Part shown: one piece after another, positions 11,343 through 24,770 of the stretch
Position numbering within the stretch: the stretch's first letter is position 1
How the letters are laid out: the number at the start of each line of letters is the position of its first letter
Source of the DNA: Eledone cirrhosa
Lineage: Eukaryota
Length of the DNA: 64,000 nucleotides
Direction: 5' to 3'
Assembly (NCBI GenBank): GCA_964016885.1
Contig: OZ024747.1
Location: 21,390,001-21,454,000, forward strand
Program-made: the position numbers and the translations under genes
The notes under the pieces: generated by a model
The model's database searches: none
What the model saw: the letters and a program-made list of their open reading frames with translations, nothing else
Told to the model about the DNA's origin: nothing

Positions 11343-13167
11343 ATATATATGTATATAAATCATCATAGAACAAGTTTAAAACTAGTTGGATCATTACTCA
11401 ATACATGGGGTAGTAGAGTATGGATATATTATAAAGAATTAGTACTCGACAGCTGAGCTCTGGCCATGTCAACAGTTACTTCTGGACCTAGCTGTTGACA
11501 TGGCCAGAGCTCAGCCATCGGGTCTCGAATCTTTATGATATATGGCTCCTCTCAGTGCCTCTTTCGATGCTTTTTTCTTTATGACTCTCACTCCCTCTAT
11601 GTTTCTCTCTCTATGTCTCTCTCTCTCTATGTCTCTCTATCTGTCTCTTTCTCTCACTCTCTATGTAAGAAAGAGAAGAGTTACTTCTCCCCACCAACCC
11701 ACCCCCCACCCGACTGATGAAACATTTTTTTCATCTTTCACCACAGACACCATTTCTCACTTCCCTCCATCCAATACTTCTCAAATTGTCAAGTTTCCCT
11801 CCACTGCCACCCTCCCACTAGCCCTCCCAACATCCAACACTTCTTAACAAACAGCCCCTCTTCTTCTACCATCCTGTACCTCAAATCTCTCACTCTTTAC
11901 TCCACCCACCTTACTACCCCTCATGACAACAACTCTTACCCTTACTAACACTACCTCCTCCTATTCCTCCACCTTTTGCTCCTCCACCTCTTTTTCCTCC
12001 TCCTGATCCCTCCTACTACTACTACTACTTCTCCTCCTCCTCCTCCTCACTATTTGTTGACACCCACACATATTTGCTGCTTTGCTTATTTTATATTATA
12101 TGAGAAGGAAGGCCTTCCTTCCAATTACTTTTCTCAAAGTGTTGGCATGTGTTCATGCATATTCATGTGTGTGTCTGTAAGTAAGTGTGTGTGTTTGTGA
12201 GTATATGATGTGTGATTGTATGTGTGTGTTTGTGAGTGTGTGATGTGTGATTGTATATGTGTGTGTTTTTGAGTAGCCGTGTGTTTGTGAGTGTCATTGT
12301 GTTTATGAGTGTCAGTGTATTTGGATATATGGGTGTGTGTGAGCATTTGTGAGTATGCGTATGTCTGTATATGTGTGTGTGTTTGTGAGTGTCTGGATGT
12401 TTGTATGTGTGTGTGTGTGTGTGTGATTGTGTTTAAGTAAGTATTTGTTAATAGGTATATGATTGTGCATATGCATGTATGTCTATATGTGTGTGTTTGT
12501 GAGTGTCTGGGTGTTTGTATGTGTCTCTGATTATGTGTATGTAAGAGTTTGTGAGTAAGTGTGTATTTTTTATATACTTATATTTTCATCTTTCTCCTCC
12601 CCCCCCCCCCTCCCACACACACACACACCTAGAAGTGATTCTCTTTTTACATATATATTTTCCACATTTTTTTTCTATTTTTTTTCCTATATTGGTTGCA
12701 CTAAATAGATTTTTGTAAAATTAATTACCACAATTTCTTAATGTAGTGCAATATTTGTGGAGCTCATATTTATTATGAATAGCAGCTCTTAGTTATATTC
12801 GTTTGTCTTTTTTGTGTGTGTGTGTGTGTGTGTTTTTTGTTGAGGTAGTTGCTATGATTGTTGTTGGCAGTGATGATGATTGATTAATGGATAAGGGTTA
12901 TATCCCTAAGTTAGCTTTCATGGAGTAGACTTATATTCAAAGATGTTTAAGCTGCATCCATCTATTATCCATTGTTGTCTTTCATGAAGGTGCAGTTTGA
13001 TTTGAGATGCTTTTGCCTGCTATTACTAGTAGACCAAGTGGCCACATACTGGCTCTCCCAGCTGTTTTGTAGATGATGATGATGATGTCTGAATCTTGGC
13101 TCAACTCTAAATAAGTAGACCTATATTCAAAGACATTTATGCTGTGATCATCTTGTCTCTCTGTGTC

Positions 13168-13885
13168 ATATGTTTGAGCTGTGCTATGTTTCGGCTATGC
13201 TATATATTTAAGCTGTGCTTTATGTTTGAGCTCAGCTATATATTTAAGCTATGCTATATGTTTGAGCTCAGCTATATATTTAAGCTATGCTATATGTTTG
13301 AGCTCAGCTATATATTTAAGCTATGCTTTATGTTTGAGCTCAGCTATATATTTAAGCTATGCTTTATGTTTGAGCTCAGCTATATATTTAAGCTATGCTT
13401 TATGTTTGAGCTCAGCTATATATTTAAGCTATGCTATATGTTTGAGCTCAGCTATATATTTAAGCTATGCTATATGTTTGAGCTCAGCTATATATTTAAG
13501 CTATGCTATATGTTTGAGCTCAGCTATATATTTAAGCTATGCTATATGTTTGAGCTCAGCTATATATTTAAGCTATGCTATATGTTTGAGCTCAGCTATA
13601 TATTTAAGCTATGCTATATGTTTGAGCTCAGCTATATATTTAAGCTATGCTATATGTTTGAGCTCAGCTATATATTTAAGCTATGCTATATGTTTGAGCT
13701 CAGCTATATATTTAAGCTATGCTATATGTTTGAGCTCAGCTATATATTTAAGCTATGCTATATGTTTGAGCTCAGCTATATATTTAAGCTATGCTATATG
13801 TTTGAGCTCAGCTATATATTTAAGCTATGCTATATGTTTGAGCTATGCTATATATTTAAGCTATGCTATATGTTTGAGCTATGCC
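13168..13885. repeat. 36-bp minisatellite (~19 copies), dimer of 18-bp subunits
   Basis: Unit TATATATTTAAGCTATGC-TATATGTTTGAGCTCAGC; explains the ORFs at 13144 and 13181. Confidence 0.95.
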
Positions 13886-15609
13886 ATATGGAGAGTCTGT
13901 TGCGTGACTAGGTGGATGTTTTCACAATGCAGTTGTGTTTGAACGCACTAATCATTTTTCAACCACTGACCCTGTTCCTGCCTAGCCTGTGTTCATATAT
14001 ACATACTCTACTGGCCAAACTGTTAAGAAGCTTGTTTCACAATAATAAGGTCCTGGATTTGATCCTATACGTGGCATCATCTTTACATCCACTTTTTCAT
14101 ACTGGCATGAGCTGGACAGAACTTTTCGAGGCAATGTTTTATAACTGGATGCCCTTCCTTACAGCAAACATTTTAGTCACTTTGTACAACATTCAGAGAC
14201 ACACTGTACCTATTCTAAACAAGATACATCTTGTCTTTTTTGTAGACATGAAATGGACTTCCATCAGTTTCAATGATGAATATCCATTTGTTCAGTCTAT
14301 GGAACAGACTGAAATTAACGTGTAAATGGCTGAGCATTCCACAGATACATGTATCCTTATTGTAATTTTCAGGAAGATTGAGCTTGTCATTGTGTGTGAC
14401 AAGGCTGGGCACTTTGCAGTGCAGGCACTGTCCATCCAACAGGTTTCAAAGCAGTTTCCATCTACCCAATGTCACTCACACAGCATGAGATGATCCAAGG
14501 TAATTGACACTTGATCAAGATGCTACACAGTGGGATCAAACCTGAGATCTAATCATTGTGAAATGAACTCCTTAGCCATGCTGTGTCCACCTGTAATGTT
14601 AGTGTTGTTGTTGTTGTATATTTAAATTTGAATTCAAGCTTTTGCTAAGGTTCTTTTCATTAGTGTGGTGGAGAGTCAGACAAAATACTTTGCAGTGTTT
14701 AGCTACAACTTTCTTCATTCCTAATTCAAATCCTGTCGTAGTCAACTTTGCTTTTCATCCTTCCAGGGCTGATTAAGTAAAATACCAGTAAAGTACTGGA
14801 GTAAATATAAATGACTTTTCCTTTCCCTAAATTGTTGGCCTTGTGCCAATGTTGGAAAGAGTTATTACTGTTGCATTTATTTTTTTTTTTTTATTTGCTT
14901 TGTACTGTTGTTATTTCTCTTCTTTCTTTACTAATTATCTTAATTATCTATTTTCAGAAATCCTCCAGCCATATTTGTTAATTTACTAGGACTCTGAGAC
15001 ACTGGGACATTTACCAACATCTGTCTTTAGAACTATATTTGATACCCTATTGTGGATTATCCAATAATATACTTGATAGATGGGCTTGAAATGCCTTCTC
15101 CTCCGTTGTCTTAGTTTTCATTATCAACAAAGTCATAAAAAAATTAAACACACAATATAAAGAACATACAAAGGAAACCACTCCAAGAAGGTAAGCTGTA
15201 AATTTGTTTCTCTTGTTTGTTGATATGAACTAAACCCTTAATGTCCAAATAAGCAAGACATTCTTGCAAAGTACAAAACAGAACTAAAACCACATCATCA
15301 TCATTATTATCATCGTTTTTACTTCCATTTGTCCATGCTTTCATGGGTTAGATAGGTCTTTTTCAATACAGCATCTCTCCATTCACTGCATTCCTTCACC
15401 ATCTCCGATGTGAGTCTCAGAGTTTAAAAAATAATCTTTACTTTAGTTTATTATCAATTTTCACAACAATCTGCCCACTAGTAACAATTCTATAAACATT
15501 TGAATTAACAAACTAGTTTCTGATATTTATTTTCAGCTAAATCAGTGATGTTAAGAGTTGATGTGATTAATCATAACTTAATATGTCACATTATATTATA
15601 TTAGGTTGA

Positions 15610-15799
15610 GGGCGGTGGATTGGCAGTATCGGTAGAGAGTCGGACGCCATGCTTTCCAGCAGAGTTACGTCCCTTTACGATCTGAGTTCAAATCCCGCCG
15701 AGGTTGACTTTGCCTTTCATTCTTACGGGGTCGATAAAATAACGTACCAGTAATGCACTGGGTAATTGCTGGCTTTGTGCCTAACGTAGAAACAATTAT
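15610..15799 (+). mobile_element. SINE family A
   Basis: Full head, core and tail; flanked by ATTATATTATATTAGGTT. Confidence 0.9.
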
Positions 15800-15814
15800 A
15801 TTATATTAGGTTGA

Positions 15815-16004
15815 GGGTGGTGGATTGGCAGTATCGGTAGAGGGTCGGACGCCATGCTTTACAGCATAGTTACATCCCTTTACGGGTTGAGTTCAAATCC
15901 CGCCGAGGTTAACTTTGCCTTTCATCCTTAGGGGTCGATAAAATAAAGTACCAATAATACCCTAGGATAATTGCTGGCCTTGTGCCTAAAGTAGAAACAA
16001 TTAT
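15815..16004 (+). mobile_element. SINE family A (tandem with previous)
   Basis: Full copy; same flanking direct repeat. Confidence 0.9.
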
Positions 16005-16183
16005 ATTATATTAGGTTATGATCTGTGATTATAGTAGGTCATAATATAATATAGTAGGTCACTGTTGATAATGTCACCAACAATTTGATTGGCTGAATTT
16101 GGTGTGTAGTTGGAATATATGTCCAGTCAGGCAACTTACCCATCTTTTTCCATTTGTGGGTTTATATGCCTTTATTATTAGAA

Positions 16184-16374
16184 GGGCTGTGGATTGGCAA
16201 TATCGGTAGAGCGTGAGACACCATGCTTTACGGCATGGAGTTCTGGCCCTTTACGTTCTGAGTTCAAATCCCGCTGAGGTTAACTTTGCCTTTCATCCTT
16301 ACAGGATCAATAAAATAAAGTACCAGTAATGCACTGGGTATTTGCTAGCCTTGTGCTAAAAGTAGAAACAATTA
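16184..16374 (+). mobile_element. SINE family A
   Basis: Full copy; TSD ATTATTAGA. Confidence 0.88.
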
Positions 16375-16853
16375 TTAGAGTATTTTATTTAGTCAAAGTT
16401 ATGGCAAAGTCTTCTAATTTAATAGTTTTAAATTTAGGATAATTTATGTGTAGAAACAATTCATAAAACCAACAGCCTTTATCAAATAACAAGAAGAACT
16501 GTGTAAATTAATATCCCATTTTTCATTTATTCTACATAAGATTAGCATAGTATAACTACATAGAGAAAAAGTAATATACATGTTCTATCCAATTTTAATT
16601 ACAGAGAAAGCAGGTTGAAATGATGTATGCATGTCTGTATGTGATGTAAGATTGTGTGGAACCTAATTATAAATACATTGATAGAACTTTATTTTTTATA
16701 TTAACACATAAATCTTAGAATCTAAAAGAATATATTTAATACAAGGAAAATATTTGTGGAAAAAAGACTTGCAAAATACGATTCTGTCTGACATGGAACC
16801 AGCAGAAAGCGGTGTATCTCTTCTCAATGAATGTTATAACTTATTCTAATATG

Positions 16854-17049
16854 TACAAGGGTTGGCAGAAAAGTTTGTAGCTTGACTAAGATACTCTCAT
16901 GAAATTATCAAAGGATGTTTATTTTTCAACATAGTCAAAACAATGCAGTTATTAATAGGAAATGTTGTAATTAATGCATGCAAGATTTCACAGCTCTAGC
17001 ATCACTCCTTTATAGTAAGCCTATGACCTTCTTTCAGCCTACCCTCATA
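16854..17049. mobile_element. Mariner/Tc1-type MITE
   Basis: TA-CAAGGGTTGGCAGAAAAGTTTGTAGCTTGACT ... AGTAAGCCTATGACCTTCTTTCAGCCTACCCTCA-TA: imperfect ~30-bp TIRs bounded by TA. Confidence 0.6.
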
Positions 17050-17238
17050 GGTGTACAGTTATTACAGAAAGAGGGGTAGAAAGGGAGAGAGAGAGAGAAA
17101 CAGATATATATATATATATATATATAATATATAAGAACAAAATATATATTATGTATACTCCAGTCCTACAAACTGTAGAGTGCTTCTTATCCGATATCTG
17201 CATTGCTTTATTGTACTACAATAAAACTCACCTCCTAC

Positions 17239-17301
<63 letters not shown>

Positions 17302-17312
17302 TTAATATAGAT

Positions 17313-17365
17313 GAGATTCTACAGGACTAGAACTGTTTCATTCATTAGAAATCATCAGGAATCTC
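17313..17365 (-). ncRNA. Type I hammerhead ribozyme motif
   Basis: GAGAUUC-CUGAUGA-UUUC(UAAU)GAAU-GAA-ACAG(UUCUAGUC)CUGU-A-GAAUCUC: 7-bp stem I, intact core, 4-bp stem III, GUA triplet. U.U mismatch at the base of stem II. Confidence 0.75.
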
Positions 17366-17376
17366 TCCGGAATAAC

Positions 17377-17410
<34 letters not shown>

Positions 17411-17474
17411 CGAAGGAAATGTGGTAAGGAACCAGGTGGACCATAACGCACCAAAGTACTCAATACTTAGGGTA

Positions 17475-17568
<94 letters not shown>

Positions 17569-18134
17569 GGGGGAGAGAGAGAGAGAGAAAGGAGACTGGT
17601 CAAAACCTCTTACTTAATGTGCCCATAGATAGATTGAGTCTAGACTACAGTTCCATTTATCAATGGTTGGGTAGATATTGATATAACTGGTCGATTTGTT
17701 TTAACTGTAAATGTTATCAGTGACAAAAATGGTTCCTAAGAATGGATTATGTTGTAGGTGTTTTAGTCATTGCAATGTAAGAAAACAAAATAAAGAATGA
17801 TGAGATATCAAAATAGTATAAAACAACAGGTATTTTGTTGTTTGTTTATGTAATAATTCTTAACTGTATAGACGGATACATTAACACATTATAATTGGTT
17901 ATGTAACTAATAGTTTTGGTTAAAACTCTTGCAGTTATAAATGGTTCATAAGCTGGTTGGTTTATTAGATGGCTAGTTAGTTTATTGGATGGTTGATTTG
18001 TTGCTTGGTATATTGGTTGGCTGGTTGTTTAGTTATAACAGATGGTATTACCTGTTCATGGTTGGTTGTAACTAGTTATGTTAGTATGGCAGGATGGTTA
18101 AAACTAGCAGGCTTACCAATGATTTGTTTATTAT

Positions 18135-21100
18135 GGTTTATGTTACCATTGGTTTAGTGGTTGTAGTTGGTAATGTTACCATTGGTTTAGTGGTTGTAGC
18201 TGGTAATGTTACCATTGGTTTAGTGGTTGTAGCTGGTAATGTTACCATTGGTTTAGTGGTTGTAGCTGGTAATGTTACCATTGGTTTAGTGGTTGTAGTT
18301 GGTTATGTTACCATTGGTTTAGTGGCTACAGTTGGTAATGTTACCATTGGTTTAGTGGTTGTAGCTGGTAATGTTACCATTGGTTTAGTGGTTGTAGTTG
18401 GTTATGTTACCATTGGTTTAGTGGCTACAGTTGGTAATGTTACCATTGGTTTAGTGATTGTAGTTGGTTATGTTACCATTGGTTTAGTGATTGTAGCTGG
18501 TAATGTTACCATTGGTTTAGTGATTGTAGTTGGTTATGTTACCATTGGTTTAGTGGTTGTAGTTGGTAATGTTGCCATTGGTTTAGTGGTTGTAGTTGAT
18601 AATGTTACCATTGGTTTAGTGGTTATAGTTGGTTATGTTACCATTGGTTTAGTGGCTGCAGTTGGTTATGTTACCATTGGTTTAGTGGTTGTAGCTGGTA
18701 ATGTTACCATTGGTTTAGTGGTTGTAGTTGGTAATGTTACCATTAGTTTAGTGGTTGTAGTTGGTTATGTTACCATTGGTTTAGTGGCTACTGATGGTGA
18801 TGTTACCATTGGTTTCGTGATTGTAGTTGGTGATGTTACCATTGGTTTAGTGGCTACAGTTGGTAATGTTACCATTGGTTTAGTGGTTGTAGTTGGTAAT
18901 GTTACCATTGGTTTAGTGGCTACAGTTGGTTATGTTACCATTGGTTTAGTGGTTGAAGTTGGTAATCTTACCATTGGTTTAGTGGCTACAGTTGGTGATG
19001 TTACCATTGGTTTAGTGGTTGTAGTTGGTAATGTTACCATTGGTTTAGTGGCTACAGTTGGTGATGTTACCATTGGTTTAGTGGTTATAGTTGGTTATGT
19101 TACCATTGGTTTAGTGGTTGTAGTTGGTTATGTTACCATTTGTTTAGTGGTTGTAGTTGGTTATGTTACCATTGGTTTAGTGGTTGTAGTTGGTTATGTT
19201 ACCATTGGTTTAGTGGCTACAGTTGGTGATGTTACCATTGGTTTAGTGGTTGTAGCTGGTAATGTTACCATTGGTTTAGTGGTTGTAGTTGGTAATGTTA
19301 CCATTGGTTTAGTGGTTGTAGTTGGTTATGTTACCATTTGTTTAGTGGTTGTAGTTGGTTATGTTACCATTGGTTTAGTGGTTGTAGTTTGTAATGTTAC
19401 CATTGGTTTAGTGGTTGTAGTTGGTTATGTTACCATTGGTTTAGTGGCTACAGTTGGTTATGTTACCATTGGTTTAGTGATTGTAGTTGGTAATGTTACC
19501 ATTGGTTTAGTGGTTGTAGTTGGTTATGTTACCATTGGTTTAGTGGTTGTAGTTGGTTATGTTACCATTGGTTTAGTGGTTGTAGTTGGTAATGTTACCA
19601 TTGGTTTAGTGGTTATAGTTGGTTATGTTACCATTGGTTTAGTGGTTGTAGTTGGTTATGTTACCGTTGGTTTAGTGATTGTAGTTGGTAATGTTACCAT
19701 TGGTTTAGTGGCTACAGTTGGTTATGTTACCATTGGTTTAGTGGTTGTAGTTGATAATGTTACCATTGGTTTAGTGGTTATAGTTGGTTATGTTACCATT
19801 GGTTTAGTGGCTACAGTTGGTTATGTTACCATTGGTTTAGTGGTTGTAGTTGGTAATGTTACCATTGGTTTAGTGGTTGTAGTTGGTTTTGTTACCATTG
19901 GTTTAGTGGTTGTAGTTGGTAATGTTACCATTGGTTTAGTGGTTGTAGTTGGTAATGTTACCATTGGTTTAGTGATTGTAGTTGGTAATGTTACCATTGG
20001 TTTAGTGGCTACAGTTGGTGATGTTACCATTGGTTTAGTGGTTGTAGCTGGTAATGTTACCATTGGTTTAGTGGTTGTAGTTGGTAATGTTACCATTGGT
20101 TTAGTGGTTGTAGCTGGTAATGTTACCATTGGGTTAGTGGTTATAGTTGGCTATGTTACCATTGGTTTAGTGGCTGTAGTTGGCTATGTTACCATTGGTT
20201 TAATGGTTGTAGTTGGTAATGTTACCATTGGTTTAGTGGTTGTAGTTGGTAATGTTACCATTGGTTTAGTGGTTGTAGTTGGTAATGTTACCATTGGTTT
20301 AGTGGTTGTAGTTGGTAATGTTACCATTGGTTTAGTGGTTGTAGTTGGTAATGTTACCATTGGTTTAGTGGCTACAGTTGGTAATGTTACCATTGGTTTA
20401 GTGGTTGTAGCTGGTAATGTTACCATTGGTTTAGTGGCTATAGTTGGTTATGTTACCATTGGTTTAGTGGCTACAGTTGGTAATGTTACCATTGGTTTAA
20501 TGGTTGTAGTTGGTAATGTTACCATTGGTTTAGTGGTTGTAGTTGGCTATGTTACCATTGGTTTAGTGGTTATAGTTGGCTATGTTACCATTGGTTTAGT
20601 GGTTGTAGTTGGTTATGTTACCATTGGTTTAGTGGTTGTAGTTGGTAATGTTACCATTGGTTTACTGGTTGTAGTTGGTTATGTTACCATTGGTTTAGTG
20701 GTTATAGTTGGCTATGTTACCATTGGTTTAGTGGTTGTAGTTGGCTATGTTACCATTGGTTTAGTGGTTGTAGTTGGTAATGTTACCATTGGTTTAGTGG
20801 TTGTAGTTGGTTATGTTACCATTGGTTTAGTGGCTACAGTTGGTAATGTTACCATTGGTTTAGTGGTTGTAGCTGGTAATGTTACCATTGGTTTAGTGGT
20901 TGTAGTTGGTTATGTTACCATTGGTTTAGTGGCTACAGTTGGTAATGTTACCATTGGTTTAGTGATTGTAGTTGGTTATGTTACCATTGGTTTAGTGATT
21001 GTAGCTGGTAATGTTACCATTGGTTTAGTGATTGTAGTTGGTTATGTTACCATTGGTTTAGTGGTTGTAGTTGGTAATGTTACCATTGGTTTAGTGGTTG

Positions 21101-24100
21101 TAGTTGATAATGTTACCATTGGTTTAGTGGTTATAGTTGGTTATGTTACCATTGGTTTAGTGGCTGCAGTTGGTTATGTTACCATTGGTTTAGTGGTTGT
21201 AGTTGGTAATGTTACCATTAGTTTAGTGGTTGTAGTTGGTGATGTTACCATTGGTTTAGTGGCTACAGTTGGTAATGTTACCATTGGTTTAGTGGTCGTA
21301 GTTGGTAATGTTACCATTGGTTTAGTGGCTACAGTTGGTTATGTTACCATTGGTTTAGTGGTTGTAGTTGGTAATGTTACCATTGGTTTAGTGGCTACAG
21401 TTGGTGATGTTACCATTGGTTTAGTGGTTGTAGTTGGTAATGTTACCATTGGTTTAGTGGCTACAGTTGGTGATGTTACCATTGGTTTAGTGGTTATAGT
21501 TGGTTATGTTACCATTGGTTTAGTGGTTGTAGTTGGTTATGTTACCATTTGTTTAGTGGTTGTAGTTGGTTATGTTACCATTGGTTTAGTGGTTGTAGTT
21601 GGTTATGTTACCATTGGTTTAGTGGCTACAGTTGGTGATGTTACCATTGGTTTAGTGGTTGTAGCTGGTAATGTTACCATTGGTTTAGTGGTTGTAGTTG
21701 GTAATGTTACCATTGGTTTAGTGGTTGTAGTTGGTTATGTTACCATTTGTTTAGTGGTTGTAGTTGGTAATGTTACCATTGGTTTAGTGGTTGTAGCTGG
21801 TAATGTTACCATTGGTTTAGTGGTTGTAGTTGGTTATGTTACCATTGGTTTAGTGGCTACAGTTGGTAATGTTACCATTGGTTTAGTGGTTGTAGTTGGT
21901 AATGTTACCATTGGTTTAGTGGTTTTAGCTGGTAATGTTACCATTGGTTTAGTGGTTGTAGTTGGTTATGTTACCATTGGTTTAGTGGCTACAGTTGGTA
22001 ATGTTACCATTGGTTTAGTGGTTGTAGCTGGTAATGTTACCATTGGTTTAGTGGTTGTAGTTGGTTATGTTACCATTGGTTTAGTGGCTACAGTTGGTAA
22101 TGTTACCATTGGTTTAGTGATTGTAGTTGGTTATGTTACCATTGGTTTAGTGATTGTAGCTGGTAATGTTACCATTGGTTTAGTGATTGTAGTTGGTTAT
22201 GTTACCATTGGTTTAGTGGTTGTAGTTGGTAATGTTACCATTGGTTTAGTGGTTGTAGTTGATAATGTTACCATTGGTTTAGTGGTTATAGTTGGTTATG
22301 TTACCATTGGTTTAGTGGCTGCAGTTGGTTATGTTACCATTGGTTTAGTGGTTGTAGCTGGTAATGTTACCATTGGTTTAGTGGTTGTAGTTGGTAATGT
22401 TACCATTAGTTTAGTGGTTGTAGTTGGTTATGTTACCATTGGTTTAGTGGCTACTGATGGTGATGTTACCATTGGTTTCGTTATTGTAGTTGGTGATGTT
22501 ACCATTGGTTTAGTGGCTACAGTTGGTAATGTTACCATTGGTTTAGTGGTTGTAGTTGGTAATGTTACCATTGGTTTAGTGGCTACAGTTGGTTATGTTA
22601 CCATTGGTTTAGTGGTTGTAGTTGGTAATCTTACCATTGGTTTAGTGGCTACAGTTGGTGATGTTACCATTGGTTTAGTGGTTGTAGTTGGTAATGTTAC
22701 CATTGGTTTAGTGGCTACAGTTGGTGATGTTACCATTGGTTTAGTGGTTATAGTTGGTTATGTTACCATTGGTTTAGTGGTTGTAGTTGGTTATGTTACC
22801 ATTTGTTTAGTGGTTGTAGTTGGTTATGTTACCATTGGTTTAGTGGTTGTAGTTGGTTATGTTACCATTGGTTTAGTGGCTACAGTTGGTGATGTTACCA
22901 TTGGTTTAGTGGTTGTAGCTGGTAATGTTACCATTGGTTTAGTGGTTGTAGTTGGTAATGTTACCATTGGTTTAGTGGTTGTAGTTGGTTATGTTACCAT
23001 TTGTTTAGTGGTTGTAGTTGGTTATGTTACCATTGGTTTAGTGGTTGTAGTTTGTAATGTTACCATTGGTTTAGTGGTTGTAGTTGGTTATGTTACCATT
23101 GGTTTAGTGGTTGTAGTTGGTAATGTTACCATTGGTTTAGTGGTTGTAGTTGGTTATGTTACCATTGGTTTAGTGGTTGTAGTTGGTTATGTTACCATTG
23201 GTTTAGTGGTTGTAGTTGGTAATGTTACCATTGGTTTAGTGGTTATAGTTGGTTATGTTACCATTGGTTTAGTGGTTGTAGTTGGTTATGTTACCATTGG
23301 TTTAGTGATTGTAGTTGGTAATGTTACCATTGGTTTAGTGGCTACAGTTGGTTATGTTACCATTGGTTTAGTGGTTGTAGTTGATAATGTTACCATTGGT
23401 TTAGTGGTTATAGTTGGTTATGTTACCATTGGTTTAGTGGCTACAGTTGGTTATGTTACCATTGGTTTAGTGGTTGTAGTTGGTAATGTTACCATTGGTT
23501 TAGTGGTTGTAGTTGGTTTTGTTACCATTGGTTTAGTGGTTGTAGTTGGTAATGTTACCATTGGTTTAGTGGTTGTAGTTGGTAATGTTACCATTGGTTT
23601 AGTGATTGTAGTTGGTAATGTTACCATTGGTTTAGTGGCTACAGTTGGTGATGTTACCATTGGTTTAGTGGTTGTAGCTGGTAATGTTACCATTGGTTTA
23701 GTGGTTGTAGTTGGTAATGTTACCATTGGTTTAGTGGTTGTAGCTGGTAATGTTACCATTGGTTTAGTGGTTATAGTTGGCTATGTTACCATTGGTTTAG
23801 TGGTTGTAGTTGGCTATGTTACCATTGGTTTAGTGGTTGTAGTTGGTAATGTTACCATTGGTTTAGTGGTTGTAGTTGGTAATGTTACCATTGGTTTAGT
23901 GGTTGTAGTTGGTAATGTTACCATTGGTTTAGTGATTGTAGTTGGTAATGTTACCATTGGTTTAGTGGTTGTAGTTGGTAATGTTACCATTGGTTTAGTG
24001 GTTGTAGTTGGTAATGTTACCATTGGTTTAGTGGCTACAGTTGGTAATGTTACCATTGGTTTAGTGGTTGTAGCTGGTAATGTTACCATTGGTTTAGTGG

Positions 24101-24770
24101 CTATAGTTGGTTATGTTACCATTGGTTTAGTGGCTACAGTTGGTAATGTTACCATTGGTTTAATGGTTTAGTTGGTAATGTTACCATTGGTTTAGTGGTT
24201 GTAGTTGGCTATGTTACCATTGGTTTAGTGGTTATAGTTGGCTATGTTACCATTGGTTTAGTGGTTATAGTTGGCTATGTTACCATTGTTTTAGTGGTTG
24301 TAGTTGGTTATGTTACCATTGGTTTAGTGGTTGTAGTTGGTAATGTTACCATTGGTTTAGTGGTTGTAGTTGGTTATGTTACCATTGGTTTAGTGGTTAT
24401 AGTTGGCTATGTTACCATTGGTTTAGTGGTTGTAGTTGGCTATGTTACCATTGGTTTAGTGGTTGTAGTTGGTAATGTTACCATTGGTTTAGTGGTTATA
24501 GTTGGTTATGTTACCATTGGTTTAGTGGTTGTAGTTGGTAATGTTACCATTGGTTTAGTGGCTACAGTTGGTGATGTTACCATTGGTTTAGTGGTTGTAG
24601 TTGGTAATGTTACCATTGGTTTAGTGGTTGTAGCTGGTAATGTTACCATTGGTTTAGTGGTTGTAGCTGGTAATGTTACCATTGGTTTAGTGATTGAAGT
24701 TGGTAATGTTACCATTGGTTTAGTGATTGAAGTTGGTAATGTTACCTTTTGTTTAGTGGCTACAGTTGAT
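18135..24770. repeat. 33-bp minisatellite, ~200 copies, with higher-order duplication
   Basis: Unit GTTACCATTGGTTTAGTGGTTGTAGTTGGT(A/T/G)AT; produces the 2025-aa VTIGLVVVVG[NYD] ORF. A 1-bp deletion near 24168 shifts the frame. Confidence 0.97.

Noticed and set aside
13144-13942. 255-aa and 253-aa ORFs
   Set aside because: Translations of a 36-bp minisatellite open in two frames; no non-repeat domain.
14958-15190. Exon-like segment with TTTTCAG acceptor and AAG|GTAAG donor
   Set aside because: Stops in all three frames; could only be non-coding and is unsupported without RNA data.
15610-15700. tRNA gene suggested by A/B boxes
   Set aside because: These are SINE heads continuing into core and tail with TSDs; no complete cloverleaf.
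18094-24171. Resemblance of VTIG repeats to hexapeptide left-handed beta-helix proteins
   Set aside because: Period is 11 rather than 6, units are near-identical at DNA level, and there is no catalytic or flanking domain.
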